64,000 bases of DNA from Alphaproteobacteria bacterium (lineage in GTDB: Bacteria; Pseudomonadota; Alphaproteobacteria; Oceanibaculales; Oceanibaculaceae), in NCBI GenBank assembly GCA_018823745.1, contig JAHJHR010000011.1:43802-107801 (forward strand), given 5' to 3'. Positions 50,723 to 59,556 of the stretch are shown here, in pieces (the first letter of the stretch is position 1; every line of letters begins with the position of its first letter). A program made the translations under genes and the position numbers. The notes below the pieces were generated by a model. It was given only the letters and a program-made list of their open reading frames with translations, searched no databases and was not told the DNA's origin.

Positions 50723-51864
50723 TGTCCGACCTTATCCTGACCAATGCCCGTATCATTCTGGCCGACAGCGTTATCGAAAATGGCAGCGTCGTGGTCCGAG
50801 ATGGCGTCATCGCAGAAATCGATGACAGCCCCAGCAATGCCGCCGAAGCCATTGACATGGAAGGCGATTACCTGATTCCGGGGTTGATCGAGCTGCACAC
50901 CGATAATCTGGAAAAGCATCTGGCCCCGCGCCCCGGCGTGCGCTGGCCCGGCGTCCCCGCCCTGCTGGCACATGACGCGCAGATCGCCGCGGCCGGCATC
51001 ACCACCGTTTTCGATGCCGTGGTGCTGGGCAACACCATCGGCAACAATACGCGGCTGGAACTGCTCGACCAGAGTGTCGAGGCCATCGACCAGGCCCGCG
51101 CCGCCGGGCTGACCCGCGCCGATCATTTCCTGCATCTGCGCTGCGAGGTCGCCGATCCGGACGTGCTGAACCAGTATGAGAAGGTGCAGCAACACCCCCT
51201 GCTCCGCCTGGTCTCGCTGATGGACCACACGCCCGGCCAGCGCCAGTTTGTCGATATCGCGCAATACCGGCTCTACTATCAGAAGAAGCACAATGTCTCC
51301 GAAGCCGACTTGCAGGAGATGATTGTCTCCACCAGGGCCAATCAGGAGAAATACGCCACCCCCCACCGTGTCGCGCTTGCGGCAGCCTGCCGGGCGCGCG
51401 GCATTCCGATTGCCGCGCATGACGACGCGACCATGGCGCATGTCGAGGAATCGGCCTCGCTGGGCATCACCATCAGTGAGTTTCCGACGACTGTAGAAGC
51501 CGCTTCAGGTGCGCGCGACAACCGCATGACCACCATCATGGGGGCGCCCAATGTGGTGCGCGGCGGCTCGCATTCCGGGAATGTCGCGGCGCATGAGCTG
51601 GCGGAGCTGGGGCTGCTCGACGCGCTGTCCTCGGATTACGTGCCGATCAGCATGATGCATGCGGCCTTCAAGCTGCATGGCAATCACGGGCTGACCCTGC
51701 CGCAGGCCATCGCCACCGTGTCGCGCAACCCGGCCCGGATGCTGGGCATGGAAGATCGTGGCGAGATCGCTCTGGGCCGCCGCGGCGACCTTGCCCGCGT
51801 GACCCTGCATCAAGGCCTGCCGCTGGTCCGCGAGGTCTGGCGCGAAGGCAACAGAGTCGCCTAA
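50722..51864 (+). CDS. phnM: alpha-D-ribose 1-methylphosphonate 5-triphosphate diphosphatase PhnM
   Basis: The ATG overlaps the phnL TGA. GLIELHTDNLEKH is an amidohydrolase motif. 380 aa. Confidence 0.9.
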   Translation: MSDLILTNARIILADSVIENGSVVVRDGVIAEIDDSPSNAAEAIDMEGDYLIPGLIELHTDNLEKHLAPRPGVRWPGVPALLAHDAQIAAAGITTVFDAVVLGNTIGNNTRLELLDQSVEAIDQARAAGLTRADHFLHLRCEVADPDVLNQYEKVQQHPLLRLVSLMDHTPGQRQFVDIAQYRLYYQKKHNVSEADLQEMIVSTRANQEKYATPHRVALAAACRARGIPIAAHDDATMAHVEESASLGITISEFPTTVEAASGARDNRMTTIMGAPNVVRGGSHSGNVAAHELAELGLLDALSSDYVPISMMHAAFKLHGNHGLTLPQAIATVSRNPARMLGMEDRGEIALGRRGDLARVTLHQGLPLVREVWREGNRVA

Positions 51865-51888
51865 GATACTGATAAAAGGGAGAAAGAA

Positions 51889-52464
51889 ATGCAGAGCCTG
51901 TTTCCGGTGACCGGCAACCCGGCAGATATCCTGTTCCGGATCATCGACGCCGAGGGCAGCCGGGAATACGGCACCGAGCGCGTCACCCAGCTGCAGCACG
52001 CCCTGCAATGCGCCAGCCTGGCCGAGCAGGCCGGGGCGGAGCCAACGCTGATCGTGGCCTGCCTGCTGCACGATATTGGCCATCTGATCGATCCCGGTGC
52101 CAATCTGGCCCGCGCGCGCGGCGAGGATGCCCGGCACGAGGCTCAGGCGGAACGCTACCTGAAAAACTGGTTCGGCCCGGATGTGATCCAGCCGGCGCGG
52201 CTGCATGTCGAGGCCAAGCGCTATCTTTGCGCCACCGATATCAGCTATTACGACAGCCTGTCACCCGCCTCCAAGCATAGCCTGGAAATGCAGGGCGGCC
52301 CGTTTGACCGCGAGGAGGAACGGGAATTCATTGCCCTGCCCTATGCCCGCGAGGCCGTGATGCTGCGGCGCTGGGACGACATGGCGAAACTGCCCGAGGC
52401 GATCACCCCGCCGCTGGAGCATTTCCGCCGCTATATCGAGGCGGTCACGACCGTCCAGGCCTAA
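51889..52464 (+). CDS. HD-domain protein of the phosphonate-operon-associated (PhnZ-like) type
   Basis: 191 aa with H37, H61-D62, H83, H106 and D163/D164 in my own residue count. This gives the H..HD..H..H..D pattern. Confidence 0.75.
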   Translation: MQSLFPVTGNPADILFRIIDAEGSREYGTERVTQLQHALQCASLAEQAGAEPTLIVACLLHDIGHLIDPGANLARARGEDARHEAQAERYLKNWFGPDVIQPARLHVEAKRYLCATDISYYDSLSPASKHSLEMQGGPFDREEEREFIALPYAREAVMLRRWDDMAKLPEAITPPLEHFRRYIEAVTTVQA

Positions 52465-52538
52465 GCCTGCCCGGATAGAAGCTGCGGCGCCGGGATGCTA
52501 TCAAGGGTGGTGATCCGATAACCGCCGACAGGCTGCCC

Positions 52539-53882
52539 GTGCCGCACCCGCACATCGCCCTGCCCTGCCTTCTCGCGACGTTGCTGTTCCTCCTGGCCGG
52601 CTGCGGGGTTGATGCGCGACATTCCATCCAATGCGAAAAATTGCTTGGCACGCTGGAACCGGCCCATGTCCAGATCGAAGACCTTGCCTGGACCACGCCG
52701 GACGATCCGCCGAACAGCATCCGGGGAGAATATCGCCTGCCCGGCGATGCCGCACGGCATTGGATCCGCTGCCAGTTCCGCGGCGCCCGGTTTCAGGAAG
52801 GCCGTTTCGACCTGATCGGCGTGGCGACCGACCGGCAGGGCACGCTGTCGCCCATGCAAATGCAGTTTCTGTATCTGGCGCTGCGGCTCGACCCGCCGGA
52901 TCGCGCCATCAGCGCGCCAACCAGACGGGCCGCGCTGGACCAGATCGACCGGCAGTATTTCCTGCAGCAGATCGTGAACATGGCAGCGCTGGCCTGCGTC
53001 TACGCGCTGCTCGCGGTCGGCTTTACGCTGGTTTTCGGGATTATCGGCCGTATCAATTTCGCGTTTGGCGAGATGGCGATGCTGGGCGCCTATGTAACGG
53101 TGCTGCTGACCGCGCTTCTGGGCCTGGCCGGGACAGCGGGACAGGCATTGGTGCTGCCGGTCGTGCTGCTGCTGGCGATGCTGATCACCGGCCTTTATGG
53201 TTGGTATACGGAGAAGCTGGTCTTCCGGCCGCTGCGCGCCCGGCAGGGAAGCGTGTCCGGGATCACCCACGCACCGCTGATCGCGACCATAGGCCTGTCG
53301 ATCTTTCTGCAGGAAGCGGTGCGGTTGATTCAGGGTACGCGCGACCGCTGGCTCCAGCCGGTCTTCCCGGAACGCTACCTGCTGGCCGATAGCGGTGGCT
53401 TTGCGGTCTATGTGACGCTGCGCCAGATCGTGGTGGTCGCCCTGACGGCCGGTCTATTGGGCGGGCTTATCCTGCTGATGCGGCGGAGCCGGTTCGGCCG
53501 CAGCTATCGCGCGTGTAGTGACGATCCGAAGATGGCCGCGCTGCTGGGGGTTGATACCGACCGGATCATCGCCCTGACCTTCGCCATAGGTGCTGCCTAT
53601 GCCGCCGCCGCCGGGCTGATCCTGGCGCTGTATTATGGCGGGGTAAATTTCCACATGGGCTTCCTGATCGGCTTCAAGGCGCTGACAGCAGCCATTATCG
53701 GCGGTATCGGCTCCGTCCCCGGCGCCCTGCTGGGCGGCCTCATCATCGCCCTGGTCGAAACCTTCTGGGCCGCCTATCTGACGCTCGCCTACAAGGAGGT
53801 GGCGATCTTCGCCCTGCTGGCCCTGACACTGGCATTCCGCCCGAGCGGCCTGCTGGGCCGCAAGGACGGGCGTGGAGATTGA
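52539..53882 (+). CDS. LivH-type ABC permease fused to a ~150-aa N-terminal lipoprotein-like domain
   Basis: GTG start and lipobox LLAGC. High GC3 throughout the N-domain. The core YFLQQIVNMAALACVYALLAVGFTLVFGIIGRINFAFGE matches LivH. Confidence 0.7.
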   Translation: MPHPHIALPCLLATLLFLLAGCGVDARHSIQCEKLLGTLEPAHVQIEDLAWTTPDDPPNSIRGEYRLPGDAARHWIRCQFRGARFQEGRFDLIGVATDRQGTLSPMQMQFLYLALRLDPPDRAISAPTRRAALDQIDRQYFLQQIVNMAALACVYALLAVGFTLVFGIIGRINFAFGEMAMLGAYVTVLLTALLGLAGTAGQALVLPVVLLLAMLITGLYGWYTEKLVFRPLRARQGSVSGITHAPLIATIGLSIFLQEAVRLIQGTRDRWLQPVFPERYLLADSGGFAVYVTLRQIVVVALTAGLLGGLILLMRRSRFGRSYRACSDDPKMAALLGVDTDRIIALTFAIGAAYAAAAGLILALYYGGVNFHMGFLIGFKALTAAIIGGIGSVPGALLGGLIIALVETFWAAYLTLAYKEVAIFALLALTLAFRPSGLLGRKDGRGD

Positions 53883-53890
53883 GACAGCTA

Positions 53891-54010
53891 TCAGAGCTGC
53901 GCAGAACCGTGATACTGCAGCGACAGCCCCACGCCGACCGCCGCGATGACGAACATGCCCAGTGCCACCGCGCGCCAGACAAGCCCTGCAATCCTGCTGT
54001 TCTTGACCAT
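53891..54010 (-). CDS. small (39 aa) single-TM protein, below the ORF-track length cut-off
   Basis: GGAGG lies 5 nt before the ATG. MVKNSRIAGLVWRAVALGMFVIAAVGVGLSLQYHGSAQL. GC3 is about 80 percent. Confidence 0.5.
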   Translation of the reverse strand: MVKNSRIAGLVWRAVALGMFVIAAVGVGLSLQYHGSAQL

Positions 54011-54187
54011 GATTTCCTCCGACCGGACGATCCGGCCATCAATTACGACTTAGATGCATTCTAATTTAAGTGCGAATCATTTGCAAGCAAGGGGCTTGCT
54101 CCGGTTTATTCCAACCCCATTTTTCTGAGGTCGGCAGGGAACCAACCGGCGCCATTTCGAACCTGGCTGAAAATTCGGGAAAGACGC

Positions 54188-56446
54188 ATGACGCCCTCCG
54201 CAAGCCTTTCCACCCTGCTGCTCGTCTCCGTAACATTGCTGCTGGGCGGGTGTTCCGCGCTGTTCCCGTCCCGGCTCGACACCGCGCAGCGGCTGGACAT
54301 GCTGGCCACCGGGGAATTGCCGCTGGACAGGCCGGTGACGATCCGCTGGAACGCCCGGATGGTGCCCTATATCGAGGCCGAGACGGACCACGACGCCGCC
54401 TTTGCGCTGGGCCTGGTGCATGGCCATCTGCGCGGCGCCCAGATTGCGCTGCTGAAACGCATCAGCGCCGGCAGGCTGTCGGAAATGGCTGGTCCCCTGG
54501 CCAATGATATCGACCATGCGCTGCGCATTCTCGGCTTCGGTCGGGCCGCCGCCGATATCGAGGCCGCCCTGCCCCCGGAAAGCCGGGACTGGATGGAGGC
54601 CTTCGTTGCCGGGCTGAACCACCAGCAGGCGATGCAGCGCCGCCAGCCCCCGGAATTCGCCTTGCTGGGAATCACGCCGGAGCCCTATACGGTGCGCGAC
54701 CTGCTGACCATCGGGCGGCTGGCCGGGACGGATGTGAACTGGCTGGCCTATTTCTCGATTCTCGACCAGCGCGGCCAGCGGGGCTTTCCGGCCCTCTGGC
54801 GGCGCGTGCTGGAGGCCGGCACCAACAGCACGACAAGCTTTCGCGCCACGACTAGTCAGGCCGCCCTGTCCGATATCCTGTCGGGCTTCTCGAAATCCGG
54901 CAGCAACAGTGTCGCCGTCTCTGCCAGCCGCAGTGCCAGCGGCGGCGCGCTGATCGCCAATGACCCCCATCTTGGCCTCAACCTGCCCAATCTCTGGCTG
55001 CTGGTCGGGTTGCGCTCCCCCTCCTACCAGGCGGTCGGGATGATGATCCCCGGCCTGCCCTTCATTGCGGTCGGTCGCAGCCCCCATATGGCCTGGGGCG
55101 GCACCAATATGCGCGCGGCCTCCAGCGATCTTTACGATGTCGGCGACCTGCCCGCCGACCAGTTCACAACAGAGCAGACCACTATCGCCACCCGGCTCTG
55201 GTTCGATGACAGGCGCGTGCTGCGCCACACGCCCTTCGGCCCGGTCATCAGCGATGCCGCCGTGGTGCCGGGGGCCAAGGACCGGCCTTTGGCGCTGCGC
55301 TGGGTCGGGCATGAGACGACCGACGAGACCACCGCTCTGCTGCGCGCCATGCGGGCGACCAATCCGCAGGAATTTCGGGCCGCCTTCGCGGATTTCGGCG
55401 TGTCGGCGCAGAACATGGTCTTTGCCGACACGAAGGGTAATATCGGCCAGATCATGGCCGTCACCCAGCCGGTGCGCAGCGGCTTCCCGGGCGACGACCC
55501 CGTGCTGGATGCCAGCGATCCTTCCACCCACTGGCAAGGTTTTGTGCGGACAGCAGCGCTGCCCCATGTCCTGAACCCGGCGGAAGGCTTCGTCGCCTCG
55601 GCCAATAACCGGCCGGCCGATGCATCTGTCCCCATCGGATTCCTGTTCAGCAGCGAGGATCGCGTCAAGCGGCTGAAACAAATCCTCGCCGCCAGCGACA
55701 GGATAGGCATCGAGGATCTGATCGCCCTGCAGACCGATACCCTGTCCCCTGCTGCCCGGCGTCTGGCGACCGCACTGGCCCAGCGGCTGCGTGACGCCGG
55801 TGCCGGGACGGCGCTGACCCAGATTCTGGCCGGCTGGGATGGCGATTACAGGATCGACGCAACCGCCCCGGTCGCCTTCGAGGCGCTGCTGTATCATCTG
55901 GTCCCCGCCGTCTATGGCGCGGAGACACCCGCCGACCTGCCCGGCATCTACACGCAATGGAGCAATCTCGATAAATTCCTGATCCGCGATCTGGACGCCC
56001 TGCCGGTGGAGCGCCGCCACGCTTTGCTGAACCAGGCGGCCAGCTTGGCGGCGGGCGATGCCGCGCAATTCAGCGACTGGGGCGACATGCACAAGCTGCG
56101 GCTGCAGCACGTGCTGGCCAATCTTCCGGTACTGGGGCGGTTCTTCCGGATCGAGGATGTGGCGATTGGCGGCTCGCGCGAGACGCCGATGAAGACGGCG
56201 CATGATCTGGTGAACACGCGGCACGCCGCGCGGTACGGCTCGCAGGCGCGCCATATCTCCGACATGGCCGACCCGGATGCGAATTACTTCACTTTGCTGG
56301 GCGGGCAGGATGGCTGGCTGGGCAGCGCGCATTTCATCGATCAGGTGGCACTGTGGCGGGAGAGCCGCTATATCCGCCTGCCGCTGCGGCCGGAGAGCAT
56401 CGCCGCCGAATTCCCGACCGTTCAGACCCTGCGCCCGATGCCGTGA
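54188..56446 (+). CDS. penicillin amidase / acyl-homoserine-lactone acylase family Ntn hydrolase, lipoprotein
   Basis: Lipobox LLLGGC. FALGLVHGHLRGAQI, the GSNSVAVS nucleophile region and IANDPHLGLNLPNLW are present. Confidence 0.85.
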   Translation: MTPSASLSTLLLVSVTLLLGGCSALFPSRLDTAQRLDMLATGELPLDRPVTIRWNARMVPYIEAETDHDAAFALGLVHGHLRGAQIALLKRISAGRLSEMAGPLANDIDHALRILGFGRAAADIEAALPPESRDWMEAFVAGLNHQQAMQRRQPPEFALLGITPEPYTVRDLLTIGRLAGTDVNWLAYFSILDQRGQRGFPALWRRVLEAGTNSTTSFRATTSQAALSDILSGFSKSGSNSVAVSASRSASGGALIANDPHLGLNLPNLWLLVGLRSPSYQAVGMMIPGLPFIAVGRSPHMAWGGTNMRAASSDLYDVGDLPADQFTTEQTTIATRLWFDDRRVLRHTPFGPVISDAAVVPGAKDRPLALRWVGHETTDETTALLRAMRATNPQEFRAAFADFGVSAQNMVFADTKGNIGQIMAVTQPVRSGFPGDDPVLDASDPSTHWQGFVRTAALPHVLNPAEGFVASANNRPADASVPIGFLFSSEDRVKRLKQILAASDRIGIEDLIALQTDTLSPAARRLATALAQRLRDAGAGTALTQILAGWDGDYRIDATAPVAFEALLYHLVPAVYGAETPADLPGIYTQWSNLDKFLIRDLDALPVERRHALLNQAASLAAGDAAQFSDWGDMHKLRLQHVLANLPVLGRFFRIEDVAIGGSRETPMKTAHDLVNTRHAARYGSQARHISDMADPDANYFTLLGGQDGWLGSAHFIDQVALWRESRYIRLPLRPESIAAEFPTVQTLRPMP

Positions 56447-57963
56447 TGGACGCCACGCCCCTGTTCCGCCTGTTCGCCGCGCTGCGGCGCCGGCAGATTG
56501 CCGCGCAGATCCCGGCGGTGACGCAGGAGGCGCTGCTGCTGCGGCTTCTGGAAAAGGCCGCCGGCACGCGCTTCGGCCGTGATCATGGGTTTGCCGGCAT
56601 CCGCAGCGTCACCGGTTTCCAGCGTGCCGTGCCGCTGCGCAGCTATGATTCTTTCTGGCGCGACTACTGGCAACCGGAATTTCCGGTGCTGGAGAATGTC
56701 AGCTGGCCCGGCCCCATCCCGCATTTCGCGGTGAGTTCCGGCACGACCAGCGGGCGCACCAAATACATCCCGCTGACCGGCGCGATGCGGCGGGCCAACC
56801 GCAAGGCCGGGCTGGACATGCTGGCCGCGCATCTCGCCGCCCGTCCGAAAAGCCATGCCTTTGCCGGCAAAAGCTTCATGCTGGGCGGCAGCACGGTGCT
56901 GAAGCGCGAGGCCGAGGGCGTGGCCAGCGGCGATATTTCCGGCATCCTGGCCGGCAGCATGCCCGGCTGGGCGAGCCCCTTCCTGTTTCCGCCGGCCGAT
57001 CTGGCGCGGCTGACCGACTGGGAGGAAAAGACCGCGCGCATTGCCGAAGCCGCCCTCGACACCGATATCCGTATCCTCGGCGGCACGCCCTCCTGGCTGC
57101 TGCTGTTCCTGGAAAAACTCTCTGCCCTGCGCGTCGCTCGGGGAGAACCGGCCGAGCCGGCGCTGCCCCATCTGGAATTGCTGGTCCATGGCGGTGTCGA
57201 TTTCCGCCCCTACCGCCATCGCTTCGAGGCCATCGTGGCACAGACCGGCGCGGAGCTGCGCGAGGTCTACCCGGCCAGCGAGGGCTTCATCGCCTATGCC
57301 GACCGGGGCACGGGCGAAGGCTTGCGGCTCTGCCTCGATCACGGGCTGTTCTATGAATTCGTGCCGCTGGAGGAGCTGGACTCCCCGAACCCGACGCGGC
57401 ACTGGATCGCCAATGCTGAGATCGGCGTGAATTACGCGCTGGTGCTGTCCAGCGCCGCCGGGCTGTGGAGCTATGTCATCGGCGATACGGTGCGCTTCGT
57501 CGATCTGGACCCGCCGCGCCTGCTGGTCACCGGCCGCACCTCCTATGCGCTCTCGGCCTTTGGCGAGCATCTGATCGCCGATGAGGTGGAAAAGGCCGTC
57601 TCCACCGCCGCCGGCATCATCGGGGCGGAGATCACCGATTACGCGGTCGGCGCCATCGTGCCCCAGGATGGATCAATCGGCGGCCATCTCTATGTCGTGG
57701 AATTCGACCAGGACGTCAGCGCCGCCGACCTTGCCCGCTTCGCCGCCGCCATCGACCGGGTGCTGATCGACGAGAACGAGGATTACGAGGCCCATCGCAG
57801 CGGCGATTTCGGCATGCACCCGCCGCGCATCGCCGCCATGCCCCATGGCCGGTTCAACGCCTGGATGAAGTCCCGCGGCAAGCTGGGCGCCCAGAACAAG
57901 GTGCCGCGCCTGATCGCCGATCCCGACCTCTTCGCCAATCTGCGCCGCTTCATGGGGGTGTGA
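56446..57963 (+). CDS. GH3 family (acyl-acid amido synthetase-like) protein
   Basis: The ATG shares its A with the acylase TGA. FQRAVPLRSYDSFWRDY...FAVSSGTTSGRTKYIPLT is the GH3 N-terminal pattern. 505 aa. Confidence 0.8.
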   Translation: MDATPLFRLFAALRRRQIAAQIPAVTQEALLLRLLEKAAGTRFGRDHGFAGIRSVTGFQRAVPLRSYDSFWRDYWQPEFPVLENVSWPGPIPHFAVSSGTTSGRTKYIPLTGAMRRANRKAGLDMLAAHLAARPKSHAFAGKSFMLGGSTVLKREAEGVASGDISGILAGSMPGWASPFLFPPADLARLTDWEEKTARIAEAALDTDIRILGGTPSWLLLFLEKLSALRVARGEPAEPALPHLELLVHGGVDFRPYRHRFEAIVAQTGAELREVYPASEGFIAYADRGTGEGLRLCLDHGLFYEFVPLEELDSPNPTRHWIANAEIGVNYALVLSSAAGLWSYVIGDTVRFVDLDPPRLLVTGRTSYALSAFGEHLIADEVEKAVSTAAGIIGAEITDYAVGAIVPQDGSIGGHLYVVEFDQDVSAADLARFAAAIDRVLIDENEDYEAHRSGDFGMHPPRIAAMPHGRFNAWMKSRGKLGAQNKVPRLIADPDLFANLRRFMGV

Positions 57964-57967
57964 CGGC

Positions 57968-59419
57968 TTACCCCATTTCTTCCAGGCTCAGCGGGGCGAT
58001 GTCGCGGCCGGTCAGGCCCTTGGGGTTGCGGCCGGGAACACCGGCCTCGGCGCGGCGCTGGCCCTGCTCGACCTGTTCGGCAGCGGCGGCGAAGTCGAAG
58101 CTGAGCACGCGGCCTTTCTCGACCCGCTGGATGCCATCGACATAGACATCGCTCACCGCCCGCTCGGCCGCGGTATAGAGCATGCTGCGCAGGGGATCAC
58201 GCAAGGGTCGCATGATCGGGTGGGTGGCATCGACCAGCACGATATCGGCCTTGGCGCCCGGTGCCAGCCGGCCGATATCCGGGCGGCCCAGCGCCTTGGC
58301 CGGGCCGGTGGTCACAGCATTGAACATGTCGGCAGTGGTGACGGCGCGGTAATCGCGGGCATTCACCTTCGACAGGGTGGCGGCCAGGCGCATTTCCTCC
58401 CACAGGTTATGCGGGTGGGTGTCGGTGCCGATGGCCATGTTCACCCCGGCCTCCAGATATTTCCCGAAATGCTCCAGCGTGTGGCCATAGCGCGAGAACA
58501 CGACCGGGCAATGCGCCACCGTCACGCCGCGCTTCGCCAGCAGCGCCAGATCGGTGCGGCTCTCCCAGTTGATCAGCGAGTGATGGTCGAGGAAGATGCC
58601 ATGGCCGATGGTCACGTCCGGGGCCAGGAAGCCAACCTCATCCAGCCATTCGATGGGGGTCAGGCCGTGGCGGCGCGTCATTTCGTGAAATTCGACGACG
58701 CTCTGCGCCGCATGGGTCTGCAAGGGCAGCTTCCGGGCGCGTGCCGCCTTTACCGAGTCCTGGAACATCTCGGCCGAGCAGGTATCGACCTGCGCCGGCA
58801 TGACGATACCGGACAGCCGGCCGGAGGGATGCGCCACGGCCTGGTCGACCAGAGCCATCGCCTTTTCGTATTGCTTCTTGCCGGCCTCCTTGTCCCAGAT
58901 GAAGTCGAGCCGGTGGCCGGTCGGCACGTCCCAGCGCGCCTCGCGGAATTGCGGCGTCACATAGGCGCGCAGCCCGCTCTGCTCCAGCACGTCGAGCCAG
59001 CCCTCGTAATTCGGCGACAGATCGGCAACCGTGGTAACGCCACACAGCAGCATCTCCGACAGGGCATAGGCGCAGGTCGCCTTGCTGCCTGCCGCATCGG
59101 TCTGGAACAGCGCCGTGCGGTCATACAGCGCGCTCATATACAGTTTCGGATTGCCCAGCTCCTCGCGCACGCCCTTGTAGGTCGGCTGGTTATAGGGATG
59201 GCAGTGGATGTTGATGAGGCCCGGCAGCACCACAGACTGGCGGCCATCCACCTCGCGGTCCGCCGGCCCGTCATAATCCGGCCCGACATGCAGGATCGTA
59301 TTGCCCCGGAACGCGACATCGATACCGCGGCGATAGACATGGCGGTTCTTCTCCCCGTCCCAGGCAACGACCCAATCGGCCTTGCGGATGACGGTGGTTG
59401 TGGTGTCGGTGCTGCTCAT
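57968..59419 (-). CDS. metal-dependent amidohydrolase (TRZ/ATZ, deaminase/chlorohydrolase-like)
   Basis: Trimmed to MSSTDTT. LPGLINIHCHP is an HxH motif. 483 aa. Confidence 0.75.
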   Translation of the reverse strand: MSSTDTTTTVIRKADWVVAWDGEKNRHVYRRGIDVAFRGNTILHVGPDYDGPADREVDGRQSVVLPGLINIHCHPYNQPTYKGVREELGNPKLYMSALYDRTALFQTDAAGSKATCAYALSEMLLCGVTTVADLSPNYEGWLDVLEQSGLRAYVTPQFREARWDVPTGHRLDFIWDKEAGKKQYEKAMALVDQAVAHPSGRLSGIVMPAQVDTCSAEMFQDSVKAARARKLPLQTHAAQSVVEFHEMTRRHGLTPIEWLDEVGFLAPDVTIGHGIFLDHHSLINWESRTDLALLAKRGVTVAHCPVVFSRYGHTLEHFGKYLEAGVNMAIGTDTHPHNLWEEMRLAATLSKVNARDYRAVTTADMFNAVTTGPAKALGRPDIGRLAPGAKADIVLVDATHPIMRPLRDPLRSMLYTAAERAVSDVYVDGIQRVEKGRVLSFDFAAAAEQVEQGQRRAEAGVPGRNPKGLTGRDIAPLSLEEMG

Positions 59420-59556
59420 GAGGCCCCCAGCCTGTTCGTATCGTTGACAGGTAGCATGGCAAGGATTTGCTGATCCTCCAAGCCTGCATCGCCATAAGGA
59501 AACTCGACCGCTTTGGCCTTCTGCGGTATGCCGAAGCTGACGCAAGAGGATGATTC

